Below, piece after piece: positions 52,716 to 64,000 of a stretch of DNA of 64,000 nt. The position numbers and the translations under genes are program-made. The notes under the pieces are model-generated. The model had not been told where the DNA came from and did not search any database. It was given only the letters and a program-made list of their open reading frames with translations. Source of the stretch: the human T2T-CHM13v2.0 reference genome, Homo sapiens; the NCBI RefSeq assembly GCF_009914755.1, contig NC_060927.1. One strand, given 5' to 3'. Numbering within the stretch: the first letter of the stretch is position 1; every line of letters begins with the position of its first letter.

Positions 52716-55700
52716 TCATGACTATACTGGATGGATCATTTTATACATCAAACTTCTTTTGGATAAACCAATGGTCCAGGCTATAAATGAACATGTCCAG
52801 TGATAGCAATGAATTCCTCAGTTACTTGGTCCATTCTGTTGATAGACAACTAAGTTGTTTGCAAGTTTTTGCTTTTATTATTGTAATAAAACTTTCTAGA
52901 GTTAATAGTCACCTACCAAGACTAGGCCCTTGCTTTGTCCTTCAAATATATTATTTTTATTCTCATAATATCTGAAAGCTAGGTACTGTTTTTTTCCCCT
53001 CCCAATTATAGAAGCAGACATTAAAGTAGAGAAATAGTTTGTCGAGAAGAAGATAAACTCTCATCCTTTAGTTGTAGTCCTATTCTCTGGCTATGATATG
53101 AAATAAAATCAAAGTTATCTCTCTGCTTGAACTATAGCTTCCACATGTCCCTTATAATCCCCTGTGCAATGCCCTGTGCATTGAGATTTAGCTTTTGTTT
53201 AGACTGCCCATGAACTTGGAGTGTCCTCTTTCCTCTCTTCTTTCTCTTTTTATCTTCTCCATCCTTTTGGTACCATTTCTCACCTTTTCTATAAAGTCAC
53301 TGCTCATTGTTTTTGGCATAGTGCCTAGCCCTTCAGTGAAATAATAGCATGTGAAGCCTATACCACATTATTTTGATTTTAATTTAAATGTATGATCATT
53401 ACTTCCTGTGATTTTATGAGTTAACTTAAAATTAGTTTATAAATTACTTTCTGGTGTAGATAGTGTTTTATAATCCTGTATCTGCTGTCTTCATCCCCCA
53501 GCCCCCTCACACACATGCACTGCACATGGATTTAGTAAGATCATAGATTTTACTCATATATTTATATATTTTTTTCGATTTTGCAGACATTCAAAAGTTA
53601 AGCAAAATAAAAGAAAGAGAGCAAATAATGAAGAATCAGAATAAATGATAAAAAAATCACAGAAGGAAAATATTCTATTTATTTTAAACACAACCCTTGA
53701 TTGATTACTCCCCATAGGCTTCTTCTCCCTTATGATTTATCTTAATCAATCTTGGTTTCCATATTTAGTCTTAAGCGTCCCTCATTAGGGTGACATTCTA
53801 GTTCTTTTCTTTGTGGGCCATGTTTCATGCTACCTGTAAGGCCTCTTTATCGTGTATACATTTTCTGGTATATGCTTGGATTTTTTCTTAGATACTCTTA
53901 TATTCTCTTGGATATTTTTTATCATGTATACAATTTCTTGTGTACTCGTGTTTTTTTTCTTGGATAAGCTTGTATTTTATTGAATCATATTTTTGTATAC
54001 TCTTCAGTGGTAAGACCAGTTATAAGGTATGCATTATAGAAGAGAAAGTGGCCTCTGGGACTTAGGATAATCTCTTAGGTCATTGAGGGTGAAGTGTGTC
54101 TTTATCTCGACCTTAGTAGATGGAGGAAAAGGAGAAGAAGAAAAATATTTCTTGTGACGTTCTAGATGGGAAAAAGTTTCTTGGGGAGAGTCTTTTGGCC
54201 AGTCTTTTTGGGGTAATGAGGAGGTACAAAAACTGTAGTGGTGGGTAAATGTTAGATTATGGATGTCCCATAGGCTTTTTGTAGTTTTTTCTATGTGAAA
54301 TTTTATTAAAAATTAAGTGGTATAATAAAATAGTTACTCAAATATATAAAGGTGAGATAATATCAAATATGGGCTACATAAGGCAGTGTGCAAATCTGAA
54401 AGCTCTATTGGCATATCATCTAGGTCTTCCTCAGTGTTATCTGGGTCTTCAGCAGTGTGGATTTTGATAGTTTCAGGTCAGTCATAGATGACTATTTTCC
54501 AAGATTTGTTTGAACATTCTCTTTTTTATTAAGCTTTTACAGGAGTTATTTCAACCTATAGTTGGATAACTCTTTATTTTATTTCACTTCTCACACCTTC
54601 ACTTGTGGTGTACCCTTTATATTTAAAGAAAGCCCTTAAAGGAAACATATGAAGAAACAGAGCCGCAGAGTGACCAAATTGCTTTTACAAAATTACCTAA
54701 TTGTCTAGAGACTCACACAGCAAGAATCCAGTTCTTCTGCCTTTCAGTTTAGGAATTTAAAAGGCTTTCTGGGTTTTCAAGGAGAGTCAATCTTTAAACT
54801 CAGCCAGAGGTGACATGAGGGAGATTCCACAACACACATAGAAACACAATTTTTAGGGACGTAGCGTAGTTCCTGCAGCAATCTATCCCAGCTGAAATGA
54901 ATGTGTCACTTAACTTGAGCAAACTGGAAAAAAAATGTGGTTGGTTCCCACTGCAGGACTTGCATGACAATAAAGGAGGATTGCTGCTAACAGAGAAATA
55001 GCTTTCATCTATCACCAGAGGAATGAACACGACCCTTCTCAGATGAGCTACTGATTTTCACCTTCCATCATCCATCTCACTAATGGTGGATACCAAGATG
55101 TTTCAGCAGATGCAGTGATATTGGTAGATTATTAGGGATAGCTTTGTCCCTTCACATTTTTGAAATTTTGAAAGGTCAAATGAGGAGACTTTGACAATCT
55201 GGGGTGATAAAAGATATACTTTGTGGAAAACATTTAGCTTTTGAAAGCAGAGATTCTTCATCTGTCTTGCTCATTAGTCTCTCCCCAGACAATATTTCTT
55301 GAGTCATACATTTACAAAAATGTTTGTGTAAAGACAAAAGGTCCCTGTAATGAAGGTGGTTTAATATCAGACAACAATAGCTGCTGCAGTTCTATGATAA
55401 TAGCTATTGTGGATTCCTTTTACTTGTCTCAATTTTTTTTAACGTATAAAATCAGTATTTCATGGTGTAGTGATCAGGTATAAACACATTTTGTAAATGT
55501 TTCTGACAGGCTTAGAGTGGGAAACATTAAATTTTGAGAGTTACATTTACTGTGTTAGAACTAAAGTTGTGACACTCTAGAGTGAAATGGCATTGCAGAT
55601 CAACTTGTGCTCCCCTTGAGGAATGGGCCCTCAATCTTTGCATGATAACATAGTAGGATTAATTGCTATCACATATTAACCAGGATGGTTAGCCGCTGTG

Positions 55701-55804
55701 TCAGGCACAAACTGAATTTGCTTGTGAAAGTTCATTATTTACATGCTTTAAATAATGTGTCTCTCTTATATCAAAATAATTTTTTTCTAAAAAAATAAAT
55801 TCGA

Positions 55805-56118
<314 letters not shown>

Positions 56119-59100
56119 AAATAAATTCAATAATCATCTGTAGAGTAACTATCATATGCAACAAACTATGCCAGACATTTGGGACTTATTGGTATAGCAA
56201 TCTTAGAGCTTAGGTTTAAAAATTGTCATTTCTTTGATACATTCCTTAATATTGAAGTAGGAATATGTTCCCACAGCATGACTCGTAATGTTGTTGCAGA
56301 AAAACTTCATTCTTTCTTATATTATTCTTAGTAATTTTCATATCAGTCTCTTCTCCTGACTTCTTGAGGAAGATATCTACATTTCTCATAGTGCATTGTA
56401 GTGCTTTGATTTAGCATGTGAACCCAATGAATGAAATAAATATGCTATTTGCCTAGTAAGAGAAGTAAAAACCTGTGAATGTAGAATTGCATCATATACA
56501 GGTTTAATTTATATAATCAGAATAGCCTTAATTTTGAAGATGTCAGAATGTTTGGATCACAAAGCAATGTTGATATGGAGTAAAAAGGTAAAATTTTGAT
56601 GGCTGGCTCTTTTTTAAATCTGAGGGTTTTTTGCATTTTATTATTCTTAATGGCAAAAATCTATAGAATTTGGCTGAATTGTGACAGATGCACTGTATTA
56701 AGAAACTATAATTTGTTTTAAATAGCTCATTATTAGCTTTGTGATCACAATTTTAGATAATGCATCATACCTTTTTCTTTTGTACTTTAATACATAAAAT
56801 CAGGAAATATTTCATTCCTAAGTGGTTTAACAACTGTTACGTAGCTTTTTCTTTTGTTACTGTTGCAACGAATCTCCAGTGACTTAGAGTTTTTTAAGTC
56901 ATTTCAAAAATGGGTGTTTAAATCTCAAGACAAATATTTTAATATTTATTTTCCTTTTTGGTTTAATTCACAGGCTGTTATTTTTGTTGCATGAAATTAG
57001 TAGATCTCTGAAGAATTGATGTAAATTTACATGCAGAGTTTAGTTCTACTTTTTTCTGTTTTTCTTTCTCTCTGGTAACCAGGTGGGAAATCAAAAATCT
57101 CATCTCATGAGATCAGCTCCCATTAAAAAATGTAAGCCCATCTCTGCTTGAGATCCCCATAGCTTCACTATTACAGAAATTGGATTAAAATGCCTGCAAC
57201 AAACAGAAAAACATAGCCTCGTTTACTTTACAGGATCATTAAAGATAAAACCCAGGAACAAAGTGAAGACTTTTCATAGTTCTAAGGAGGGCAAACACAT
57301 TTAGGTTAGTATATAAAAAAAGCAATAAAATACATTTTTTCCTTAGAATAGTATTTCTTTCTATTTCAAAGAAATGCTGTCATTATATTTTTCCTTGTTG
57401 GAACTAACTTGTTTTGATTCAGGTAGAAATATGTGTCGTAAGTAGGAGTAAAAAATATTTATCAGATACAGTCTATTTCCATGGAATCACTATGGGCTGA
57501 AATATTCTTATAAGTAATACATTTTTGTGTTAACATTAGAGACAGCCATAGAGATGATTTAAAAATTACTTTAAAAAAGGGAATAGAAAGGAGCTGCTGA
57601 ATAACATTTAAGCCTACTAGACATATTCTTAATAAGTTATGTGCAGATTGAATTTTTATTTATGGAAAATACTGAAAATTCACTGGACAAATTTGTTATT
57701 TAAAGGTCATCTATTCCACAAATATTTATTGTGGAACCTACTGTGTGGCAGGCACTCTGTGAGTATATGGAATAATTGTATTCTAATGTGAATCATTTGT
57801 GTTTAAATGTTCATATTTGAGTTTAATAAGCTAGACTATTTCTACAAGTAATTTAAACAAATATTGTTACAATATTATATTTTTGAGAACAACATTTTGT
57901 AGTCAGAGATCGTGAGATTGAATGCAATGATCTTAATAAATACATTTTAAATTTTAGATGTATAATTCTTCAATTTGAATAAATATCTCTCAATCAGATT
58001 CTTAGATTAAATGAACCATTCCTATTGCTATCCCTTGAATCACAGATTTTATATTATGGCTGAGAGGATTTAATAAAAAAACAGGTTGTATCTTGTAAGA
58101 CAGCATCTAAACCTCACAAAGTATTATCTTCCAGTTGACACTGTTACTGAGTCTTTAAAAAATAATTTCAATATTCCATAAGGCCAGGTATTTCTGGGAC
58201 AGAAGACCAGCAAATCCCATGAACACTAACCTATTGCCTTATTTTTTTCATTGTAAATTGAGCTTTCTTAGTCAGAAGTAATATTATTTGGGTTAACTTG
58301 ATGATGACCAGACATCCAGTAGTCAACAGATTGTGTTGCTGGCAAAGCATGGCAAGCAGAGAAGGCAAATCCAAATCCAGAATAAGTGTTTATTCCAGTA
58401 AGAAAAAATCCACTGTGGATGAAGGGCTCCAAAATAATCAACTTGCTGCCAAGTGACTATCTGATCTATTCAGCATATAAGAGCCTATATAGCGTTCAAG
58501 GATGGCTGCTATTGCTGAAAAGTTACGCACTCAGTAGTAATGATAGCTAAACCAGCACTGGTGAGGAGAAGTCCATTTGTTGAGCCTATTTAAAACCCCT
58601 TATGACACTATGGCTGCTATTTAAACAAGTATGTTGAGTAAACATTACTGGGACTGGGGGAAAAAAGCCTGACTGGCATCTACATGTTAGAACAACTTGT
58701 CCCCCTAATTATCGAGAGCATCCTCTTCAGTGGGAACTTTATGCTACACATTTGCATAGGACAAAAATACTTTCAAATTCTAAGAGTTTTATCCAAACCT
58801 CTTTGTCTCAGACCATCTGGTCAAAGCATTAGTCACTGCCCTTCAATTGTTCCTCATGCAAGCTCTCCTTCCAGGAAAAGTGGACCACAATATGTTCCGT
58901 GCTAGTTATGCCCACTAGGAGGATTATGTTTTCATCATCTGTCAGCATCACACCAAGTGGGGCTGTAGGGCCACAGCAGTCCATTTTAAACTAGTGCCAG
59001 CATATTGGACAGAGCTTTCTATGAACCAGGCTTGAAAAGTTTCACAAAGTAGTCATAAAACATAAACTTTCCATGTGGTCATGGGAGTGGGTTGAGGAAG

Positions 59101-60251
59101 TGATGACTCTGCAGTGAGAATAACCACAGTGAACAATTGACCCACCTGCTCAGGAAAACCACTTGTGTTCTCAGGAACTGCGTTTGCTTATAGAACGTTG
59201 GTGGGTATTCCCAACTTAATAACTTGAATGTTCAGTGCATAACAGGCAGCTCATGCTGTGGTATGTCCTGGTGTATTAAGGTCTACTATTCAGCCTCTAA
59301 TATAAACCAATATACAGCCATTAAAAACTAAATTCTAGCCAAAGAAAACATAATTCCTCTTTAACATTTGAGTTGTGGTTTTCTTACTGGGGCTTAATTT
59401 CTACAAAGCATTTGAGCTGTCATGGACACTTCAAACATCATTGGATCTGTTGGGTCATATGGGCTAAAGATTTCCTTGCACTGAAGTCTGGACTGGCTGG
59501 AGAGCCAGTCCTAACTGTGGCTCCATTTCAAGTTGTTAACATGTTAGGTTATTTACCAAATGGCAAACAGCAGCACATAAAACATGGTTTATGAGGTTTT
59601 TCCTGTTAAATTTTAATGAGAACTGGCAAGTTTCATGTCTGTTTCTTAGAGGTGAGAATTTCAAGGTGCAGAAACCAGTTTTCAACTGCCCCCAGGCTAT
59701 TATATCCCCCCAGATTTATGGGAATAGCAGGCTTCTAAAATTTCATAAGATAGCTTTTTCAGCCAATAGCCTCCATGTTTTTTCATCACATTTAAACTGC
59801 TTACTTCTTTTTGTTTATCAGGACCTAGATATATGATGTTCACTGTAGTGGACAGCATGATGTTCTATGAAATGATGAGAAAGGAAAGTCTTTTACATTA
59901 AATTATGACACAGAGCCCGATAGTTTATTTAGCCCAGAAATAAGACAGTGAAGGTTTACTGTTGGCCTACCCCAGAATAAAAAATTGCTTCTATATTCTC
60001 TATTTATTGGAATAGCAAAAATGAAATATTTGTCAGACCTCTTTTACGGACTAGCAGGCAAGCAGGGGCAGTGTTTATTTGCTCTCCAAATGAGGGAAAA
60101 CCTTGGATAACCGCTACAATAGGAGAGTGCCTGGTTAATTACAAAGTAATCTTTGTCATTCATCTGGGAGACAATTTGTGGATGTTTTCCAGTTACTGAG
60201 TATATCTATTTCAACCATACATGTTGGAACTGGATTAATAGTCAAAGGATG

Positions 60252-60797
60252 TGTGACAAAGTATATTTTCCCTAAATGGATACAATGCGGGTTTCACATG
60301 TTTTTTCAGACCCTGCTCTCTATCAAGAGGTAAAATCTGTATTTCCCACTCCTTAACTTAGTCAGAACATGGTAACTGCTTTGAGAAATAGAATGTGGCA
60401 AAAATTTACTTATTATTTCAAAGCCTGCGTTAGAAAAGCAGATACAGCTTCCTCCTGGCTCTCTCTCTTTCTTGGGATGCTTGTGGTTGGAACATAACCA
60501 CCATTTTGTGAGGAAGCCCAGTCTACATCCAGTGGCCACATTTAGGTGCCCTGGCTAACAGCTCTGGCTGAGTAAGCTTCCTGCCAACAGCAGCATCAAT
60601 GGCCAGACATGTGAGTAAATAATCTTGGAGATGATTCTAATCCTCACCTTTGAGGCACCCCAGTTAATGTTAAATAGAGCAGAGATGAGCTTTCCCTGCC
60701 AAGTCCTGCCCAAGTGGCAAATGTATGAGCACAACTAATATCACTGTAGCGAACCACTGTTTTGGGACAGTTTGTTACTGAAACAGATGGGATAAGA
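60252..60797 (+). mobile_element. MaLR LTR (MLT1G/H-like) nested in ERVL
   Basis: AATAGAATGTGGCA, CAGCTTCCTCCTGG, TGTGAGGAAGCCCAG, CCAGACATGTGAGT, GAGCAGAGATGAGC. Confidence 0.8.
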
Positions 60798-61371
60798 GTT
60801 CTGTAAGATCCACTCGAAGTGGTCTCTGGTCATAACTCAAATTTTTTAAACTGATTTTTAACAGCAGTGGACAGTGCCTTTGGGGACTGTCTGAGTTTAA
60901 AGCTAGTATTTCATAATCCCTGAGATTTCTGTCTACATCTTCTTCCCCAGTGCACAGTTAGCCTGGTTACTGGCTGCAAGTCCCTTTGGATATGCTATAC
61001 AGTAAGATTTACAGTAGGCACTTTTGATTTTTTCCTAAGGAAATCCCCAATTATACATGATTTCACCTTATGAAAGGTATACTAAGTCTGTGAACTGATT
61101 CAAGTGAGTTGAACATCTACTTAGATTCTAAGGACCTAGTAATCGGACACCTACCTCAAAAGATACCTACAGGACAGATAATGCTGATAATCATATTGAC
61201 TCCAGTGTTTGTTAACATGACCATGCCCTCATTTCTTTTTCTGTTTACAAGTTACTACTTTATCTGCTACCCAAATGGTCCATCATAACCTTTGCAATAA
61301 AGAGCCCATTTAAAAACCACCATATCCATGTAGTTTCCCAGCCAACAGAGAATAGCCAACTCGGTATTTTA

Positions 61372-61710
61372 ATTTTTTTGAGATGTGGTCCTATTAATTT
61401 TTATTTCTTTACATATTTTTTGAGATGGAGCCTCATTCTGCTGCCCAGGCTAGAGTGCAGTGGCATAATCTTGGCTCATTGCAGCCTTTACCTTCTGAGC
61501 TCAAGTAATCCTCCCATCCCAGCCTCCCAAATAGCTGGCACTACAGTAAAGCACCATGACGCCCAGCCATTTATTTTTATTTTTTATTTTTGTAGAGACA
61601 GGGGTCTCACTATGTTGCCCAGCTGGTCTTTGACTCCTGGACTCAAGTGCTGCTCCCTCCTCAGCCTCCTAAAGTGCTGGGATGACAGGTGTGAGCCACT
61701 GTGCCCAGCC
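61372..61710 (-). mobile_element. AluJ nested in ERVL
   Basis: CTCAAGTAATCCTCCCA, GGGTCTCACTATGTTGCCCAG, end GTGAGCCACTGTGCCCAGCC. Confidence 0.92.
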
Positions 61711-62982
61711 AGCACTTAAAAAACATATTGGTGTTCTCCGAGGCAATGCCACTCTCAGTGCCTTCATGAAGGGCTTGTTTCTGGGCCCTCTGAAGTGACG
61801 TGGTTTGCGTTTTATGGAGATGCCAGGGAGGTGAAGAGCGGGTAACCCATGATTAATCTACTTCAATTTTTCTAGCTGCCTAAGATGTTGGTTTCCTTCT
61901 ACATTATACCAATTATTTCTTACCCCTTAACGTTATTTACCACCGTAAATTTATGTTTCATTCAACCAACCTGGCAAACATTTAGACCTCTGTTTTGCTG
62001 TCTAAGCAGGTACAGTAAATCCCTGCTAAGAAATTTAGCTTACTTTAAAATAATTTGCTTTCATTATTAGTGTAATGTTAGAATCCATCCTTACACATAT
62101 TCTCCAGGTCTTTACTAATATAAACTAGCAAAATTTTGCAATTTTCTGGTGAGTAATGTTTCTCCACCTGGGAGTGAACATGTGGTTGCTTCTGCATCCT
62201 CTCTACCCCAACAGAGTAAGAGGGTCTGACACTGATCCTTGATCTACAGATAATGAAGGGTGGTGTGTGAGAATTCACTTTCTTTTACATGATGAGGGTG
62301 TTGGTTTAGGGTATTAACAGATTGACAGGTGTTTATATAGGGTACCACTGCCCAGGAGAAAGGGAAGAGAAGTTGCTTTCACTGGTAAGTGAGGCTATGT
62401 AAGAATTGTAGATCTGGAGTACTCAGAGATATTTGAATCCTCTCACATGAGTCCTTTCAATTTTCAGGGCTCTACTCCTTCCCAGTCAGTGGTCTGAATT
62501 TCACCTAAGAGACCTGGCAAGCATTTATATTCAGTTGATGTCATTTGACAAAATTTAATTAATTTGATTACCTTAGCACTGTGACTACAGGAGACAAATA
62601 CTTTTAGCCTAGTCATAGAAACTTCTCACTGTACTTTGAACTGAGAATTTGGGATTTTGAGCTTATAATATCCTCTTTTTTGGTAATTCTTTAGTATAAT
62701 TAGAAGTTTACTGTTTACCCTACAGGGTTTATATTCTATATGTCCTTCACACTGTTCTATGGCAGTGGGTACTCAGTCCTCTGAAGCCAGCCTTTAGCTC
62801 GTCCTTCATTCCTGTTAACCGTAGGTGATAATTTAATTAAATATTCAATCACCATGTTTCATGGGCTGCCAGAGGCTGGATCCTTACTACTTCCAAATCC
62901 AATCTGCCCATATAACGAATCTCAAATTTCTATTTTCTTGGGGATATGGTATTTTCAGCCATACCTGCAATTAATTCAGTAT

Positions 62983-63440
62983 ATGTCAGGATTCTGGTTG
63001 GAACAAAAAGAAATTACTTAGCTTTTTTAAACAGCAAAAGAATTTGTTAAAATATATTAGGTGGATTACCTAACCTCTAGGAAGGTTAGAGATCTAGGCT
63101 GTGAAGCTGTACAGCCAGAGAACATATACACACAACACTAGAGTGCTGCTTCAGCAAATACACCACTGCTCTTGCCATTGGGAGATAATGCAGCTTGCAC
63201 TGTACACACTGGACATAGTAGAAATTGTGTTCATGCTACTTCCCAAAGTTTGATTTTCCTCTTACCATTCACAGCAGAAGATGGATTCCTTATCACAGCT
63301 GCATCTTATTGTTGCTTCTTTCCCAATTGAAGTTTTCTGTGGATGTATCTAATTGGCCTAGCCTATGTCACATGCCAGTGTTCTATCTGTAAAGGTAGCA
63401 GAGAATGAGTTCTAGCTTCTCTAACTTTGAGAGTGAGAGG
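62983..63440 (-). mobile_element. Very old MLT1 (K-N-like) LTR
   Basis: TCAGGATTCTGGTTG...AAACAGCAAAAGAATTTGTTAAA; ATCTAATTGGCCTAGCCTATGTCACATGCC. Confidence 0.55.
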
Positions 63441-64000
63441 TAGGGGTTAATTGTCTAAGATGGATTTCCTGCAGGCTGGTCTACAGGAAAACTTACCTCC
63501 TTCCCAGGGTGGAATGATTTAGGAAGTAAATGTTGTTCCATGCTAACTGGCTATAGCTCATTGCTTGAGGGAATCATTCTTGATAGAGTGTAGGTGGTAA
63601 GTCAGGTCCGGGGGCCTGGATAATGCTGTATCCACAAGGCTTGCATCCTTGATCATGCCAGTGAATGGGTTGGTTCTCCTAATGGTGCAGCTTAAATGCC
63701 TATGGCCTGAAAACCAAAATCCTTTTTCCAAAGTTTAATGTCTGTCCTTGCTAAATCCTAGTAAGCTACTGTAGCATATGAAGAGCAATAGAGAAACAGC
63801 TCTCTTACTGTTGTCTCTGTTAGTCTGACTTAATAAATACTGTCCTAGAGGGTCCAATGTGTATTATTTCTAATTATTTCCTTTGGGTTATGCACAGCAG
63901 GTTGGCAGATCTCATTAATACTATGAAAAGATGAGCATCTACAGGCTTAACAAATTTCCACTGCAGACAAATAAACCAATCCATAATCTGATTTTCTTTA

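Larger units (their letters stand above)
58230..62900 (-). mobile_element. Ancient ERVL (class III) internal region: decayed gag, RT and integrase
   Basis: Minus-strand remnants of integrase (WQQVDYFG ~58440; TGINTYSGFGFA ~58380), RT (GQQ*TFTVL...ALCHN ~59930; decayed VHY-DD ~59845) and gag (EGPE.PF.KALR ~61780; PGEY...WIL ~62100). Confidence 0.75.

Noticed and set aside
57050-57140. Pyrimidine tract plus CAG and nearby GTAAGC as a micro-exon
   Set aside because: Weak donor context (AAT|GT) and no coding or other support

Overview
Primate (human-like) non-coding genomic DNA, AT-rich, CpG-depleted and dominated by transposable elements. I can support no host protein-coding gene, rRNA, tRNA or CRISPR array, and nearly all listed ORFs are repeat-derived or chance. 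Main content: a two-LTR HERV-H provirus (10268-16132, minus, GAAAC target-site duplication); a near full-length Hsmar1 mariner interrupted by a tandemly duplicated L1 3' stub; adjacent MER11 and MLT2A solo LTRs; a 3-kb young L1PA with an uninterrupted RT domain; a full-length Tigger1 hosting a Ricksha (Mutator-like) element and an L1MA stub; an ancient ERVL gag-pol relic; plus Alus, MaLR LTRs, L2, MIR, MER5 and microsatellites. I found no convincing new biological system. The best leads are a possible MLT2A-driven spliced transcript (DUX4/OTX2 motif, donor, downstream acceptor), HERV-H 3' read-through, the nested DNA transposons and two unusual hairpins. Subfamily names come from recalled consensus sequences, not alignments, and boundaries of old repeats are approximate.
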